Notes: generated by a model from the letters alone, not told the origin. Shown: positions 19,628-30,810, counted from the first letter of the stretch. The stretch: DNA of 64,000 nucleotides from a virus (IMGVR_UViG_3300042549_004104:199353-263352), one strand, 5' to 3'. Numbers and translations are program-made.

Positions 19628-20064
19628 TGTCTAAATTCGCACAAGGTAAATTTATTCCAACTAATCCAAAAAAGTACGTAGGTAGAACAGTGCCTACATA
19701 TCGTAGTGGATGGGAATTTACTTTTATGCAATTTTGTGATAAAAATGAACATGTGCTTCAATGGGCTAGTGAGCCAGTAAGAATACCTTATCGTAACCCG
19801 TTGACAGGTAAAAACACAAACTATGTACCTGATTTTTTAATTGTTTATCAAAATAGACTAGGTAAACAAATTGCTGAAATGATTGAGATAAAACCCAAAA
19901 AACAAAGTCTTATAGAAAGCAGAGTTGCTAGTGTTAGGGATAGAGCAATAGTAGCAGTAAATCACGCAAAATGGGGTGCCGCAATGGCTTGGTGCAAACA
20001 ATCTGGAATTACTTTTCGTGTAGTAACAGAAAATGACCTTTTCTATCAGGGCAAAAAGAAGTAA
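19627..20064 (+). CDS. gp4: Head completion nuclease, T4 gp4-like (TnsA-N fold)
   Basis: QGKFIPTNPKKY, YRSGWE, WASEP, YVPDF and EIKP motifs. Confidence 0.85.
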   Translation: MSKFAQGKFIPTNPKKYVGRTVPTYRSGWEFTFMQFCDKNEHVLQWASEPVRIPYRNPLTGKNTNYVPDFLIVYQNRLGKQIAEMIEIKPKKQSLIESRVASVRDRAIVAVNHAKWGAAMAWCKQSGITFRVVTENDLFYQGKKK

Positions 20065-20090
20065 TAAATACTGCTATTACGGAAAATAGC

Positions 20091-20576
20091 ATGACTAAAA
20101 AACTCTCAGAACTGTTTGATTTGCCAGTAGATGATTCTACTCAAAATGAATCCGTTGTGGAACAAGTACAAGCTGAAATAGTAACACAAGAAGCATATAA
20201 CACTTTAGAAAAAATTGAAATTGCGTTACCCCAAGTCAGGGGCTTAGAAGCTAGTGATACAGAGATGGATGAACTAGCAAGTTTAGCAACTAGTAGTTAC
20301 AAAGAATTAATGGATTTGGGTATGCAAGTGGATAGTCGTTTTGCTAGTGAAATATTCAATAGTGCTAGTAGCATGTTAGGACATGCTATCACTGCTAAAA
20401 CAGCAAAGATTAACAAGAAGTTAAAAATGCTTGATTTGCAACTTAAAAAAGCACAATTAGACCAAAAGATTAACAGTAAAACTGAAGAAATTGAATCTAC
20501 CCCTTTGGGTGAAGGTAGTTTATTAGACCGTAACGAACTACTAAAAACTATCTTGGCAAACAAAAAATCAGATTAA
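20091..20576 (+). CDS. Helical protein, possible terminase small subunit (gp16-like)
   Basis: All-helical 161 aa; DELASLA...ASEIF...ASSML pattern recalls gp16; ATAAATA 20064-20070. Confidence 0.35.
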   Translation: MTKKLSELFDLPVDDSTQNESVVEQVQAEIVTQEAYNTLEKIEIALPQVRGLEASDTEMDELASLATSSYKELMDLGMQVDSRFASEIFNSASSMLGHAITAKTAKINKKLKMLDLQLKKAQLDQKINSKTEEIESTPLGEGSLLDRNELLKTILANKKSD

Positions 20577-20603
20577 AGATAAATATTACATAGGAATAAC
20601 AAA

Positions 20604-21206
20604 ATGAAAAGCCTTCGTCACTACCTAACAGAATCTGTCAGAACATATCGTTACACGATTAAGATCGCAGGTGACTGTGATAAAAATTTCTTAGATATGT
20701 TCAAACATAACCTATCTAAATTTGATCCAGTTAAAATAGATGATCCAAAAACTACACCTATTCAGAAAGATCCATATGGATTTCCTGAATTAGAAAATCA
20801 GTCTATCACTATTATTAAATCAGAATTCAGATATCCAGCAACAGAGCCAATGATTCAGCAACTAGCACAAATGCTAGGATGTCAAATCAATCGTGTCAGA
20901 GTAGTTACAACTGATTATGATGAGAGCATCAATAGTGAAGCAGAAGGCTATGCGAATGAAATGAAAGATGAACCATTATTGTTAAAAACAGAGTTAGAAG
21001 ATAATGGTAAAGAAGCAAGCAAAGAATACGCAAATCAATACTTAGACAAAGTTATGCCTAAGAAACCAAGTATTGATATCCCTTTTGACGGTAAGAAAAC
21101 TCCAATAGCTCCTAACAAGAGTAAAGAAGGTATCAATACGATGAGTCCTATGAGTAAAATAAATCGTCCACAAAAACCAGCTACAGGAGCTAGTGCATCA
21201 AAATGA
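20604..21206 (+). CDS. Hypothetical head-associated protein (MKSLRHYLTES start)
   Basis: Late box 20579-20585, SD AGGAA; capsid-targeting-like N-terminus. Confidence 0.55.
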   Translation: MKSLRHYLTESVRTYRYTIKIAGDCDKNFLDMFKHNLSKFDPVKIDDPKTTPIQKDPYGFPELENQSITIIKSEFRYPATEPMIQQLAQMLGCQINRVRVVTTDYDESINSEAEGYANEMKDEPLLLKTELEDNGKEASKEYANQYLDKVMPKKPSIDIPFDGKKTPIAPNKSKEGINTMSPMSKINRPQKPATGASASK

Positions 21207-21421
21207 TTGATTTCAATACAAGCCAACTGACGTGGATTGTAATCGGTGCTTGCAGTGTAGGCGGCACAGGGTACATGACGATGAACGATAATGTCATGAG
21301 CATTGACACAAAAGTCCAAGTCACACAACAAAAAGTAATGGATGTGGATAATAAAGTTGCTGAGTTACAAAAACAACTTACACGAATGGAAGATAAATTA
21401 GATAAACGAGGATCACGATAA
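21203..21421 (+). CDS. Small membrane-anchored coiled-coil protein (holin/XhlA-like?)
   Basis: One hydrophobic N-terminal segment, then heptad coiled coil. Confidence 0.45.
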   Translation: MIDFNTSQLTWIVIGACSVGGTGYMTMNDNVMSIDTKVQVTQQKVMDVDNKVAELQKQLTRMEDKLDKRGSR

Positions 21422-23601
21422 TGGATTTCAGAAACATATTACACTCATTAAACTCACTCTCAGAAGGTGATGTGTCACATAAAGCAGGCCCCGGTGGCTA
21501 TGGTAATCGTCATGGTTCAGAAACTGTTACTGACCAATATGGTAAGAAAGTTGGTAAAGTAAGTTTAGCTAGTCTTGGTCCTAAAGATGATACACCTAAG
21601 AAACAAGGTCGTCCAAAAGATCCAGATAAGCCAAAGACAGGTGAAGATGATCCAAAGAATAAAAAAGTAGCTGACCTATTTGGTCGCACTACAGGTGATG
21701 TACCAACAGGTAAAAAAGGTACAGAACACGGTCTTTCTGCTAACGAGAAAGAAAAAAAGAAAGCTGAAAAGAAAGCTGAAAAGAAAAGTCTAAAAGAATT
21801 TATTGAAGATGTTGAAACAAATCAACAATTAGATGAAGCTGACCAAGTAACAATTGCACCTGCACAACAAAATACACAAGTTATCAAACAAGGTGACAAA
21901 GTATTAGGTTCTGTAGCAAATCCACAATTGGCAGCACAAATTAAAAGTGCTATTGGTCAAGGTCAAATGTCATTGAATCCTAATGACCAAGAAATGGCTG
22001 AAGGCTCAGTCGAAGAATCAGGATTACAAGCATACTTGGGTAACAAGAAGTATGGTAAAGATGGTATGAATGCATTACGCAGAGCTGGACAAAATAACGC
22101 CAGTGAAAAGAAAATGCAAAATATTCGTGCCAAATATAGTAGTAAAGAAGACATGGTAGCAGAAAGCATTCAATTGACTGAAGGTGAATTGAAACAAACA
22201 ATGTTAAAGTTTTTTGACGAATTGTCAATGGGACCAAAAGGTTATAACATCACCGCCGCAGTTGATGTGAAAGACAAAAGTCTTGCAACAAGTATTATCA
22301 ACAAAACATTAGCACACGGTCGTTTCAAATCAATGTCCGGTACATTCAAAGATCAATTACGTGATGCGGCATTAGAACATTTTGGCTTCACTAACTATAA
22401 TGAAAGTTTAGAAGAAGCTGATTTAGTACCACACCCAAGCAAGGATATGTATAGACAACATGCCATTCAGAATGGTAAAGATTTAAAAGTAGGTGATATA
22501 AATGCATTCAAACCAAGTCGCATTCAAACTCCTAACAGACCAGTAGAAGAACCTACTCCATGGAGTAGAGATCCGATTGCGGCAGCAAGTGATAGAGCAA
22601 TTAACTTTATCTCAGGATTAGGAAAACCAAAATCAAAATTAGAAAGCACAGAAATGAAAGATGTACAACTTGAAGGTTGGGAAAAAGAACTCAACAATTT
22701 ATTAAACGAAGGCATCACAGTGTCTACAAGCACAGGACAACAAGGTGCACCTGACTCAGTTAGCATCAATGCTACCGACAATGACGCAAATGAATTATTG
22801 AATATTCTACGTCAATCTGGTATGGGTGTGTTTGGTGGAAATGATAAACCTACAATGACACCATATGGTGTTGTGTCCCAGGGTGAAGAAGAACCAACAG
22901 GAACTGGTACTGAACCAGAAATGAGTCCAGAAGTAGTTGGAGACGGTGATGACATGTTATCTTTGATTAAAAAGATGACTGGTCTTAGTGCTGGTCCAGT
23001 CGGACAAGAACCAGAAGGCACAGCATCAAGTGATTACGAAGATGAAGAAGGTTCTGAAGAACAATCTACTGATACTGAAGAACCTGAACAAGATTCAGAA
23101 GAAAAAACTGATGAAGGTAATGCATTTAGTGGTGCAGTCGCTAAAGCAAAAAAAGATGGAATTCAACCTGGTGAAAAAATTAATGTAGGTGGCAAAGAAT
23201 ATCCTGTCAAAGAAGATGAGATGGAAGAAGGTAATAAATTTACTGGTAATCTAGCTAAAGCACGTGCCCAAGGTAAATCAGAAGCCGACTTAGATGGTGA
23301 CGGTGACATGGAAAAAGTTAAAGAAGGTCATGACCATGAAATGTGCAATGAATGTGGTGGAATGATGTATGAAGGTCACACTTGTAAAGAAGAACAAGTT
23401 GAAGAAGGCTTCAGTAATGACGCAGGTGGTGATGCCATGGCAAACACTGAGTTAGCTAACTTAAAAGCATTATTGTCTATGGGTAATGACTTACACAAAA
23501 TGAAACGTGACCAAACAGTGTTGAATCCAACTCAGGTAACAATGAGAGAATCAATTAAAGAATCATTGAATCAATGGAAAAGATTAAGCGGTCTAAAATA
23601 A
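21421..23601 (+). CDS. Large acidic modular protein, putative processed internal head protein
   Basis: 726 aa with many L/V/M-x-E junctions (QLDE, EMAE, MVAE, LTE, LNE, TDE, MEE); duplicated EGNxFxGxxAKA; CxxC..HxC motif. Confidence 0.5.
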   Translation: MDFRNILHSLNSLSEGDVSHKAGPGGYGNRHGSETVTDQYGKKVGKVSLASLGPKDDTPKKQGRPKDPDKPKTGEDDPKNKKVADLFGRTTGDVPTGKKGTEHGLSANEKEKKKAEKKAEKKSLKEFIEDVETNQQLDEADQVTIAPAQQNTQVIKQGDKVLGSVANPQLAAQIKSAIGQGQMSLNPNDQEMAEGSVEESGLQAYLGNKKYGKDGMNALRRAGQNNASEKKMQNIRAKYSSKEDMVAESIQLTEGELKQTMLKFFDELSMGPKGYNITAAVDVKDKSLATSIINKTLAHGRFKSMSGTFKDQLRDAALEHFGFTNYNESLEEADLVPHPSKDMYRQHAIQNGKDLKVGDINAFKPSRIQTPNRPVEEPTPWSRDPIAAASDRAINFISGLGKPKSKLESTEMKDVQLEGWEKELNNLLNEGITVSTSTGQQGAPDSVSINATDNDANELLNILRQSGMGVFGGNDKPTMTPYGVVSQGEEEPTGTGTEPEMSPEVVGDGDDMLSLIKKMTGLSAGPVGQEPEGTASSDYEDEEGSEEQSTDTEEPEQDSEEKTDEGNAFSGAVAKAKKDGIQPGEKINVGGKEYPVKEDEMEEGNKFTGNLAKARAQGKSEADLDGDGDMEKVKEGHDHEMCNECGGMMYEGHTCKEEQVEEGFSNDAGGDAMANTELANLKALLSMGNDLHKMKRDQTVLNPTQVTMRESIKESLNQWKRLSGLK

Positions 23602-23618
23602 TAAAAACCGTACTTTAG

Positions 23619-23647
23619 ATAGCTCGGTCCGCCGGGCTATTTTTTTG
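23619..23647 (+). terminator. Intrinsic terminator
   Basis: ATAGCTCGG-tccg-CCGGGCTAT followed by a T run. Confidence 0.8.
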
Positions 23648-23698
23648 GATAGTTATACTAATATAAAACGATAAATACTTAATAAGGTAGATATAGAC

Positions 23699-26305
23699 AT
23701 GGCCCAACAATTTATAGATTTTGGAAGTTTCCCGAACGATCCGACAGCAGATCCTCTTCGTGCGGCGTTTCAAAAAATTCAAGATAACTTTACAGACATT
23801 TACAATACAACATCTAGTGCAGGTGTTAGTACATTAACAGTTGGTGCAGGATTAAGTCAATTTGGTGGCACGACCGGTAATATTTTAATTATATCTAACA
23901 TACCTACAATTACAATTCAAACAACAAGTAGTCTATTAGTGGGAGTAGGTGCTGCAACTGGTAATTCAGCTATTATATCAACATCAACCACTCCTTTTGT
24001 ATTAGGATTAGCATCAAACATTACTACAGCTAATGCAAACTTTACAGGATTAACTAGAACAAGTAATTTACAAGTTGCTAACTTTGTAACAAGTTCATTG
24101 ACACCTAGTGCTAACGTTACATATGATTTAGGTTCAGCAAATTTACGCTGGAGAGATTTGTATCTAAGTGGTTCTACATTATATCTAGGTCCACAATCTA
24201 TTGGTGCTAATGCAACAAGTGTAAATCTATCAAATATCGTAGTAGCTAGTAATATTACTGTGGGGAACATTTCTGCATCAGCAACTATCACAAGTAATAA
24301 TAGCACAGTATCCAATAATATAACAACATCTAATATAAGTGTTAGTAAATTTGTGGGTAGTAGTTTAAGACCTCAAATTACTGAAGTGTATGATTTAGGT
24401 AATGCCTCTTACCGATGGAGGTCATTAACGCTCACTAACACCGGTATTACAATGGGTACTCAAACTATTACTGCCAGTTCAACTGGTGTAACAATTTCAG
24501 GTAATACCTCTTTATCAAATCTTGTAGTAACAACTAATGCAAATTTAGGTAACAGTGCTACTAGTAACTATTTTGTAGGTAATGCCGCTTATTTGAGTTA
24601 TATCCCTAGTGGAAATTTAACAGGTCAGGTAGCAAATGCATTGATAGCTGGAACAGTATATTCAGGACTACAACCTAATATTACGGCTTTAGGAACATTG
24701 TCTAGTTTAATTGTTAATGGAAACTTAGATTCATTGACAAATTTGAATGCGGCAAATCTGAAAACAGATTATGTATTGGGTAATTTATTGCCATATGGAA
24801 ATGAGACACAAGATTTAGGTAGTGCTACAAATCGTTGGAAAGATTTATATCTATCAGGTAATACTTTAAGGATAGGTAGTACAGTTATTTCATCAAATGC
24901 AAATATTACTACAATCTCAGGTGGAGTAATAGCGTCAAGTTTAGAAGTAGGAACTGTTACGGCAGCATATTTGGGTGGTACATTAAGTACAGCATCACAA
25001 CCAAATATTACAAGTGTAGGCTTACTTTCAAATCTATCAGTTTCAGGAAATTTACTAACTGGAGAATTAACAGTTGAAGGTAATATACAAGCGGTCAACA
25101 TGAATTTAAGTGGATCATTGGCTGTACCTACAATTATAGGCAATGTTGTTACTCCAGAAGGCGGTAACGTTACTGCACCGGGCAACACATCTCAGTTAAT
25201 ATTTAATAGCAACGGTAACACAGCCGCAATTCCTGGTGTAACATTTGACACAACAGCAAGTTTGTTAACAATTCAAGGTAACGTGTCTGGTGGAAATATT
25301 AATTCATCAGGTGGTCTTGAAGTTTCAGGTAATGCGAATTTAGGTAACATTAGTACTTCAGGGATAAGTGCTAGTGGTAATGTAAATAGTGGAAACGTTA
25401 TATCATTAGGAATTATTTCAGCAACAGGTAACTTGGTTGGTGGCAACGTTGTAACTAATGGTTTCTTATCAGTGATAGGTAATGCTACAGTAGGTAACAT
25501 TACAACAACTAGAATTGATGGAACTATTGTTAGTGTTTCAGGTAATATATCTGGTGCTAATTTAGTAGCTAGTGGTATATTAAGTATTCAAGGTAGTGCA
25601 ACTGTAGGTAACTTAATTAGTGAATCAAATGCTACTATTGCTGGATTCTTGTCAGCAACTGGTAACGTTGCTGGTGGTAACATAACAACTAATGGTGTAC
25701 TATCAGTCAATGGAAATGCAACAGTTGGTAACTTAAACACAAGCGGCAATATAAGTGCAGGAAACATAACCAGTTCAGGTATATTTACTGCAACTTTGTT
25801 TAGTGGTAGTGGTGCTAATTTAACTGGTATTAATGGATCAAACATTACCGGTGCTGTAGGGACTGCAACTAATGCAAGCACAGTAACTGGATCTTCACAA
25901 CCAAGTATTACAAGTTTAGGTACATTGACTGGTTTAACTGTGTCAGGTGCATTCAGTGGTAGTAACATAACTAGTTCAGGATATGTATTGTCTAGTGTAG
26001 GATCTGGTATTGCAGCCGCAGGAACAACATTGGCAGGAGCTACACAGTTATCAAAACAAGTAAATGTGGTAGGTACTGTATCTGCGGGTGTAAATGACGG
26101 TGTTAGGTTACCGGGAGCTACAGTGGGAATGCAAATTATTATAATTAATACAACTGCATCTGCATGTAAGGTTTACCCACAAAACGGAAGCACGATTGAC
26201 ACATTATCAACTAATGCATCCTTCTCACTAGGAGCAGGTGCAAGATTAATGATTATAGCGGCCAGTACAACACAATGGTACACAATGGTCGGAGTATACG
26301 GATAA
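23699..26305 (+). CDS. Tail fibre/baseplate-attached protein (gp9/gp10-like N-terminus)
   Basis: PNDPTADPLRAAFQKIQDNF N-terminus; three YDLGS..RW repeats and three QPxIT..G.L repeats; ATAAATA 23671-23677. Confidence 0.7.
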   Translation: MAQQFIDFGSFPNDPTADPLRAAFQKIQDNFTDIYNTTSSAGVSTLTVGAGLSQFGGTTGNILIISNIPTITIQTTSSLLVGVGAATGNSAIISTSTTPFVLGLASNITTANANFTGLTRTSNLQVANFVTSSLTPSANVTYDLGSANLRWRDLYLSGSTLYLGPQSIGANATSVNLSNIVVASNITVGNISASATITSNNSTVSNNITTSNISVSKFVGSSLRPQITEVYDLGNASYRWRSLTLTNTGITMGTQTITASSTGVTISGNTSLSNLVVTTNANLGNSATSNYFVGNAAYLSYIPSGNLTGQVANALIAGTVYSGLQPNITALGTLSSLIVNGNLDSLTNLNAANLKTDYVLGNLLPYGNETQDLGSATNRWKDLYLSGNTLRIGSTVISSNANITTISGGVIASSLEVGTVTAAYLGGTLSTASQPNITSVGLLSNLSVSGNLLTGELTVEGNIQAVNMNLSGSLAVPTIIGNVVTPEGGNVTAPGNTSQLIFNSNGNTAAIPGVTFDTTASLLTIQGNVSGGNINSSGGLEVSGNANLGNISTSGISASGNVNSGNVISLGIISATGNLVGGNVVTNGFLSVIGNATVGNITTTRIDGTIVSVSGNISGANLVASGILSIQGSATVGNLISESNATIAGFLSATGNVAGGNITTNGVLSVNGNATVGNLNTSGNISAGNITSSGIFTATLFSGSGANLTGINGSNITGAVGTATNASTVTGSSQPSITSLGTLTGLTVSGAFSGSNITSSGYVLSSVGSGIAAAGTTLAGATQLSKQVNVVGTVSAGVNDGVRLPGATVGMQIIIINTTASACKVYPQNGSTIDTLSTNASFSLGAGARLMIIAASTTQWYTMVGVYG

Positions 26306-26323
26306 CATATTAAGGAAACAAAA

Positions 26324-26944
26324 ATGATAACAGTAGATTTATTACAAAAATTATGTCCAAAGACAAAAAAATCTGTACTTGAATTATATGCAGTACCTTT
26401 GCATGAAGTAGCAGAATATTATGATATGTATGATAATATGCATCGTGCGGCTGCATTCGTTGCACAAACTGCACATGAATCAGGTGGGTTCAACTTTGTT
26501 AAAGAGAACTTAAATTATAGTGCTAAAGGATTAATGGGTACCTTTAAAAAGTATTTCCCAACAGAAGAATTAGCAAAGCAATATGAACGCAAGCCAGAAA
26601 AAATTGCTAATCGTGTATATGGTGGCCGCATGGGCAATGGTCCAGAAGAATCAGGTGATGGTTATAAGTACTGTGGCCGTGGCTTAATTCAATTGACGGG
26701 TAAACAAAATTACACTAAGTTTGCGGCAGATTTAGGTATCAGTATTGATGAAACAGTAGCATACTTAGAAACTCCGGCAGGTGCTGTAAGTAGTGCAGGA
26801 TGGTTTTGGGATAATAATAATCTAAATCAATATTGTGATAGCGATGACTTTGTAACATTAACTAAACGTATTAACGGTGGAACTATTGGATTGGAAGACA
26901 GAAAACATCATTATCATTTAGCATTGGATTTATTGCAAGACTAA
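26324..26944 (+). CDS. Glycoside hydrolase family 19 endolysin/virion lysin
   Basis: AQTAHESGGF, ENLNYS, GRGLIQLTGKQNY and TKRINGGTIGLEDR motifs. Confidence 0.9.
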   Translation: MITVDLLQKLCPKTKKSVLELYAVPLHEVAEYYDMYDNMHRAAAFVAQTAHESGGFNFVKENLNYSAKGLMGTFKKYFPTEELAKQYERKPEKIANRVYGGRMGNGPEESGDGYKYCGRGLIQLTGKQNYTKFAADLGISIDETVAYLETPAGAVSSAGWFWDNNNLNQYCDSDDFVTLTKRINGGTIGLEDRKHHYHLALDLLQD

Positions 26945-26945
26945 T

Positions 26946-29120
26946 ATGGCAAATATTACTTGGATAACTGAGAAGGGAAATATTGGTTTATTTCCTTCTA
27001 ATTCTGAATTAAGTTATAATTTAATTGCAGAGTCAACTATAGATGGCATGACTCTGCAATATAAATTACTTAACGGTCAGTTACCTATAGGAACCAATGA
27101 TAAACCTATAACATTTTCAACAACCGGCCAGTTAAACGGAATTCCCAAAATAGTTGATGTTGAAACAAACTATATCTTCACTGTCCGTGCTTATGACGCA
27201 CTAGGAAACATAAGTGATAGGACATTTTCTATAAAAATTAATAATGCACAAATTGTAAATATTATTACCCCTAGTGGTACTTTGTTTTCTACTGATGACA
27301 GTGTTTATATTGATTATCAAATAGATGTTTATAATCCAATAACATCTAATAATTATAGATTAGTAATAAGTTCAGGTGATTTACCTGCAGGGTTACAAAT
27401 GAGTGAGCAAGGTAGAATTACAGGTTATTGTGCTCCTCCCTTCTCAGTTACTGGTGCACCAACTATAAAAACTATATCATTTACTGTGCAACTAACAAGT
27501 GATTTAGGATTTGATACAAAAACATATTCAATAATTGTAGCAAATCATACTGTTTCTAATCCAGCAAATACTAGAACACCTGTAATTTTAAATAATAAAC
27601 CATTAGTTTTACCTGTTGATCCTACTGATAATTATTTTGGATATTATACTAACATTACAAATACTTTACCAGTTGCACAATCTAATAACTATTTTTCTTT
27701 TAAAGTTATAGGATACAATTTTGATAATGATTCAATTACATATCAATATAGTATATTGCCTCCAGGATTATCAGGCAATCCAAATACAGGATGGATAACA
27801 GGTACACCTACGATTCCTAATAATAGCATAAGTAATTATAAATTTTCTGTAATTGTTGCAAAAACAAATATTCCTACTATAAAAAGTCAGCCTGAAACCT
27901 TTAGCCTAACTATATCAAATAATATGGTTCAAGATGTACAGTGGGTCACTGATAATAATTTAGGAAATATTGACAATGGTTCTAAATGCGAGTTATATTT
28001 GGAAGCATCAAGTGTGCATTCTTTAAATTATAGAGTTGTGTCAGGTTCTTTACCCCCAAATGTATCATTATTGACTAATGGACAATTAACTGGAACAATA
28101 CCTTTTCAAGCAAACAGTGAAGGATTAATGCAATTAGGTGATACAGTATCATTTAACTTTACTATATCTGCATACAATGAGCAATTTCCAATTTTAAGTA
28201 GTGAACGTGAATTTACACTAACTGTATATCAAAAATATGATAAACCTTTAGAAAATATTTACTTTAAAGCATCTCCTAATATATTAGGAAGACAAATTAT
28301 ACAATCATTATTAACAGACGAAACATTAATTCCAACAGAATATCTGTATAGACCTGATGATAACAATTTTGGCAAAGCAGAAAATGTAAAATTTGTACAT
28401 ATATATGGGATAGAATCAGCAAATATACAAACTTACTTAGATGCAATAACATATAATCATTATTACAGAAAATTAATTTTAGGTGAAATAAAAACTGCGG
28501 TTGCACGTGACGATAACGGAACTATTATATATGAAGTTGTATATTCAGAAATAATAGATCCCTTAATAAGACCTGACGGTGTAGCATTACCACAACGTAT
28601 CATATGGCCAACTAAGATTCCATTAGATGAAGGTCCGTGGTATACTGCCGAGACAAATATTAACATTAGTACGTCAAATATATTTACTAGTTATGATTAC
28701 GGCACAATCAGAACTCTATACCCTGGAAGCATTACAAACATGCGTACTGAATTATTAGCAAATATGAATAACAATACCAATCAAGATTTATTACCAAAAT
28801 GGATGACAAGTCAACAAGTAAATGGTAATACATTGGGATTTATTAATGCTTGGGTTATTTGTTATACCTTACCCAATTATAGTACAACGATAAAAAACAA
28901 CATAAACAATAATTGGCAATATAAATTAAATATAATTGATTTTAGTGTTGATAGATTATTAGTGGATAAAAGTACAACATATAATTACAATACCAATTTA
29001 ACAGTACCATCATGGACTGAACTACCCAGTAATACTCCCACACCCGACCCTGAAGATACATATGATATTGCTGTGTTATTCCAGCAAAAAACAATTTTAC
29101 CTAAAAATGTTGACTACTAA
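26946..29120 (+). CDS. Baseplate wedge-like protein with Ig/cadherin-like repeats
   Basis: Repeated SG.LP.GL.L...G.ITG.P Ig-like units; 724 aa. Confidence 0.6.
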   Translation: MANITWITEKGNIGLFPSNSELSYNLIAESTIDGMTLQYKLLNGQLPIGTNDKPITFSTTGQLNGIPKIVDVETNYIFTVRAYDALGNISDRTFSIKINNAQIVNIITPSGTLFSTDDSVYIDYQIDVYNPITSNNYRLVISSGDLPAGLQMSEQGRITGYCAPPFSVTGAPTIKTISFTVQLTSDLGFDTKTYSIIVANHTVSNPANTRTPVILNNKPLVLPVDPTDNYFGYYTNITNTLPVAQSNNYFSFKVIGYNFDNDSITYQYSILPPGLSGNPNTGWITGTPTIPNNSISNYKFSVIVAKTNIPTIKSQPETFSLTISNNMVQDVQWVTDNNLGNIDNGSKCELYLEASSVHSLNYRVVSGSLPPNVSLLTNGQLTGTIPFQANSEGLMQLGDTVSFNFTISAYNEQFPILSSEREFTLTVYQKYDKPLENIYFKASPNILGRQIIQSLLTDETLIPTEYLYRPDDNNFGKAENVKFVHIYGIESANIQTYLDAITYNHYYRKLILGEIKTAVARDDNGTIIYEVVYSEIIDPLIRPDGVALPQRIIWPTKIPLDEGPWYTAETNINISTSNIFTSYDYGTIRTLYPGSITNMRTELLANMNNNTNQDLLPKWMTSQQVNGNTLGFINAWVICYTLPNYSTTIKNNINNNWQYKLNIIDFSVDRLLVDKSTTYNYNTNLTVPSWTELPSNTPTPDPEDTYDIAVLFQQKTILPKNVDY

Positions 29121-29140
29121 ATACAATATGGAATAAAATT

Positions 29141-29953
29141 ATGAGCGATATAAATACCAATTCAATTAATACAAATTACCCAACTCCCGGAGTTAATAAC
29201 AGTACTCAAGGGTTCAGAGATAATTTTACCGGGATAAAATTAGGCCTAGATCAGGCTGGCACTGAAATTACTGATTTGCAAACCAAAGTAGTAGTCAAAA
29301 GTGCATTAAGTGGAATTCCACTTAATAATGACATGGCAAATACTTTAATTAGTAATGCCGCAGTACGTGGTTTCCGTGCTACAACATATAATTTATCTGA
29401 TAATATACCATCTACAATCACAGTAGATGTTACAAAAGCAGATGTTCAATATGGTACTATTCAAGGAAACACTGCAATTAGTTTTGGTGGTTGGGCACCC
29501 AGTGGGACTGAATCCACAGTTAAGTTATTATTAAATATTGCAAATGCTAATTCATATATTACTTTCCCCACAACTACAATAAACAGTAGTAATGTAGTGA
29601 CTGCTGGTATGAATTTAGGTTGCAGATTATTAGAAAATTATTATAGTAATGTAGCAGATTCCGCAGTAACAAGCAATGTTACATATACTAATATAGTTAG
29701 CGTTCCTTCTGGGGCACAAGAATTGAATTTTACAATAACCACAACTGATTGTGGTGTTACCTTAGAAATCGAACCAGATAATAGAGGACAAAAAGCTAGA
29801 CAAATTCCTTTTAGAACTCCTGCAGCCGCAGGTATACGTGGTGACGCTCCTGGCACATTATGTGTAGATTCTGGTTATATGTATGTATGTATAGGTACTT
29901 ATAATGGCAGTTCCACTATTTGGGGAAAAATTGCACTAACGGCGGTAACGTAA
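29141..29953 (+). CDS. Structural protein (tail/baseplate associated)
   Basis: CTAAATA 29117-29123; NYP.PG.NNSTQGFRDNF N-terminus; beta-rich. Confidence 0.55.
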   Translation: MSDINTNSINTNYPTPGVNNSTQGFRDNFTGIKLGLDQAGTEITDLQTKVVVKSALSGIPLNNDMANTLISNAAVRGFRATTYNLSDNIPSTITVDVTKADVQYGTIQGNTAISFGGWAPSGTESTVKLLLNIANANSYITFPTTTINSSNVVTAGMNLGCRLLENYYSNVADSAVTSNVTYTNIVSVPSGAQELNFTITTTDCGVTLEIEPDNRGQKARQIPFRTPAAAGIRGDAPGTLCVDSGYMYVCIGTYNGSSTIWGKIALTAVT

Positions 29954-29965
29954 CTAAATATTTGA

Positions 29966-30202
29966 ATGCAACATCCATTCATTACTGATTTAAATAGCAA
30001 GTCTATGGAAGACTTGCAAACTACAATTTCTAATTTATCTACAAAATTGAATTTTGCTCATAGGTCGTTAAACGGACCTATGATTAATCAATTACAAATG
30101 GCCCTTGAAAGCTATCAAATAGAATACAACAAACGCATAGACGAGGCGTATAAAAAGCAAAATATTGGCAATAAAATTAACATTTCCCACGAAAACAAAT
30201 GA
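29966..30202 (+). CDS. Hypothetical coiled-coil protein
   Basis: 78 aa; CTAAATA box 5 nt upstream (29954-29960). Confidence 0.6.
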   Translation: MQHPFITDLNSKSMEDLQTTISNLSTKLNFAHRSLNGPMINQLQMALESYQIEYNKRIDEAYKKQNIGNKINISHENK

Positions 30203-30807
30203 CAGTACGAATTCAACGAGATTTTTCATTTACTGCTGGTTTATTTTTTGATAATGAGTTTTTTATGAACACGTATCAAATTTCAGCAAATTTTAACGTA
30301 GAATCTACATCAATTATTGAACAAAATATTGCTCTCCAAAGAGCAAAATACTTTTTCAGCGAAACGATTGACAGTTCTATTTTCGTAAGAGATACCGATA
30401 TAGAACGAATAGAAAAATTAAATGATATGGGATTTAAATCATGTCTATTACCGGAAGAACCGTATGACCAAATTATCGGTATAATAGTTTTCACAAAATT
30501 AAATTCAATATTAGAAGAAAAATTAGTTTTAACTGATATCCATTTGTCAAGTGATATGTGTGATGGCGTAAGTTATTTACACTCAATGGAAGAAAATTTG
30601 GGACCATTTAATCTTAAAGGTTGGTGGAATGAGAATAATCCAAATATATCTAATCCTATTAAATTAGGAAAAGGTAAAAAAGTTGTAAAACTCAACAAAA
30701 AAAATAATACATGGGAAGAATTGAATTTAGGTTTCACGCCAATTAAAGATAAACAATATAACAGTAGCGAAGTATTGTTTGCAAGTTTCTCCAAAAAGGA
30801 CATTTAA
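30199..30807 (+). CDS. Hypothetical protein
   Basis: 202 aa ORF overlapping the previous stop. Confidence 0.7.
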   Translation: MTVRIQRDFSFTAGLFFDNEFFMNTYQISANFNVESTSIIEQNIALQRAKYFFSETIDSSIFVRDTDIERIEKLNDMGFKSCLLPEEPYDQIIGIIVFTKLNSILEEKLVLTDIHLSSDMCDGVSYLHSMEENLGPFNLKGWWNENNPNISNPIKLGKGKKVVKLNKKNNTWEELNLGFTPIKDKQYNSSEVLFASFSKKDI

Positions 30808-30810
30808 AGG

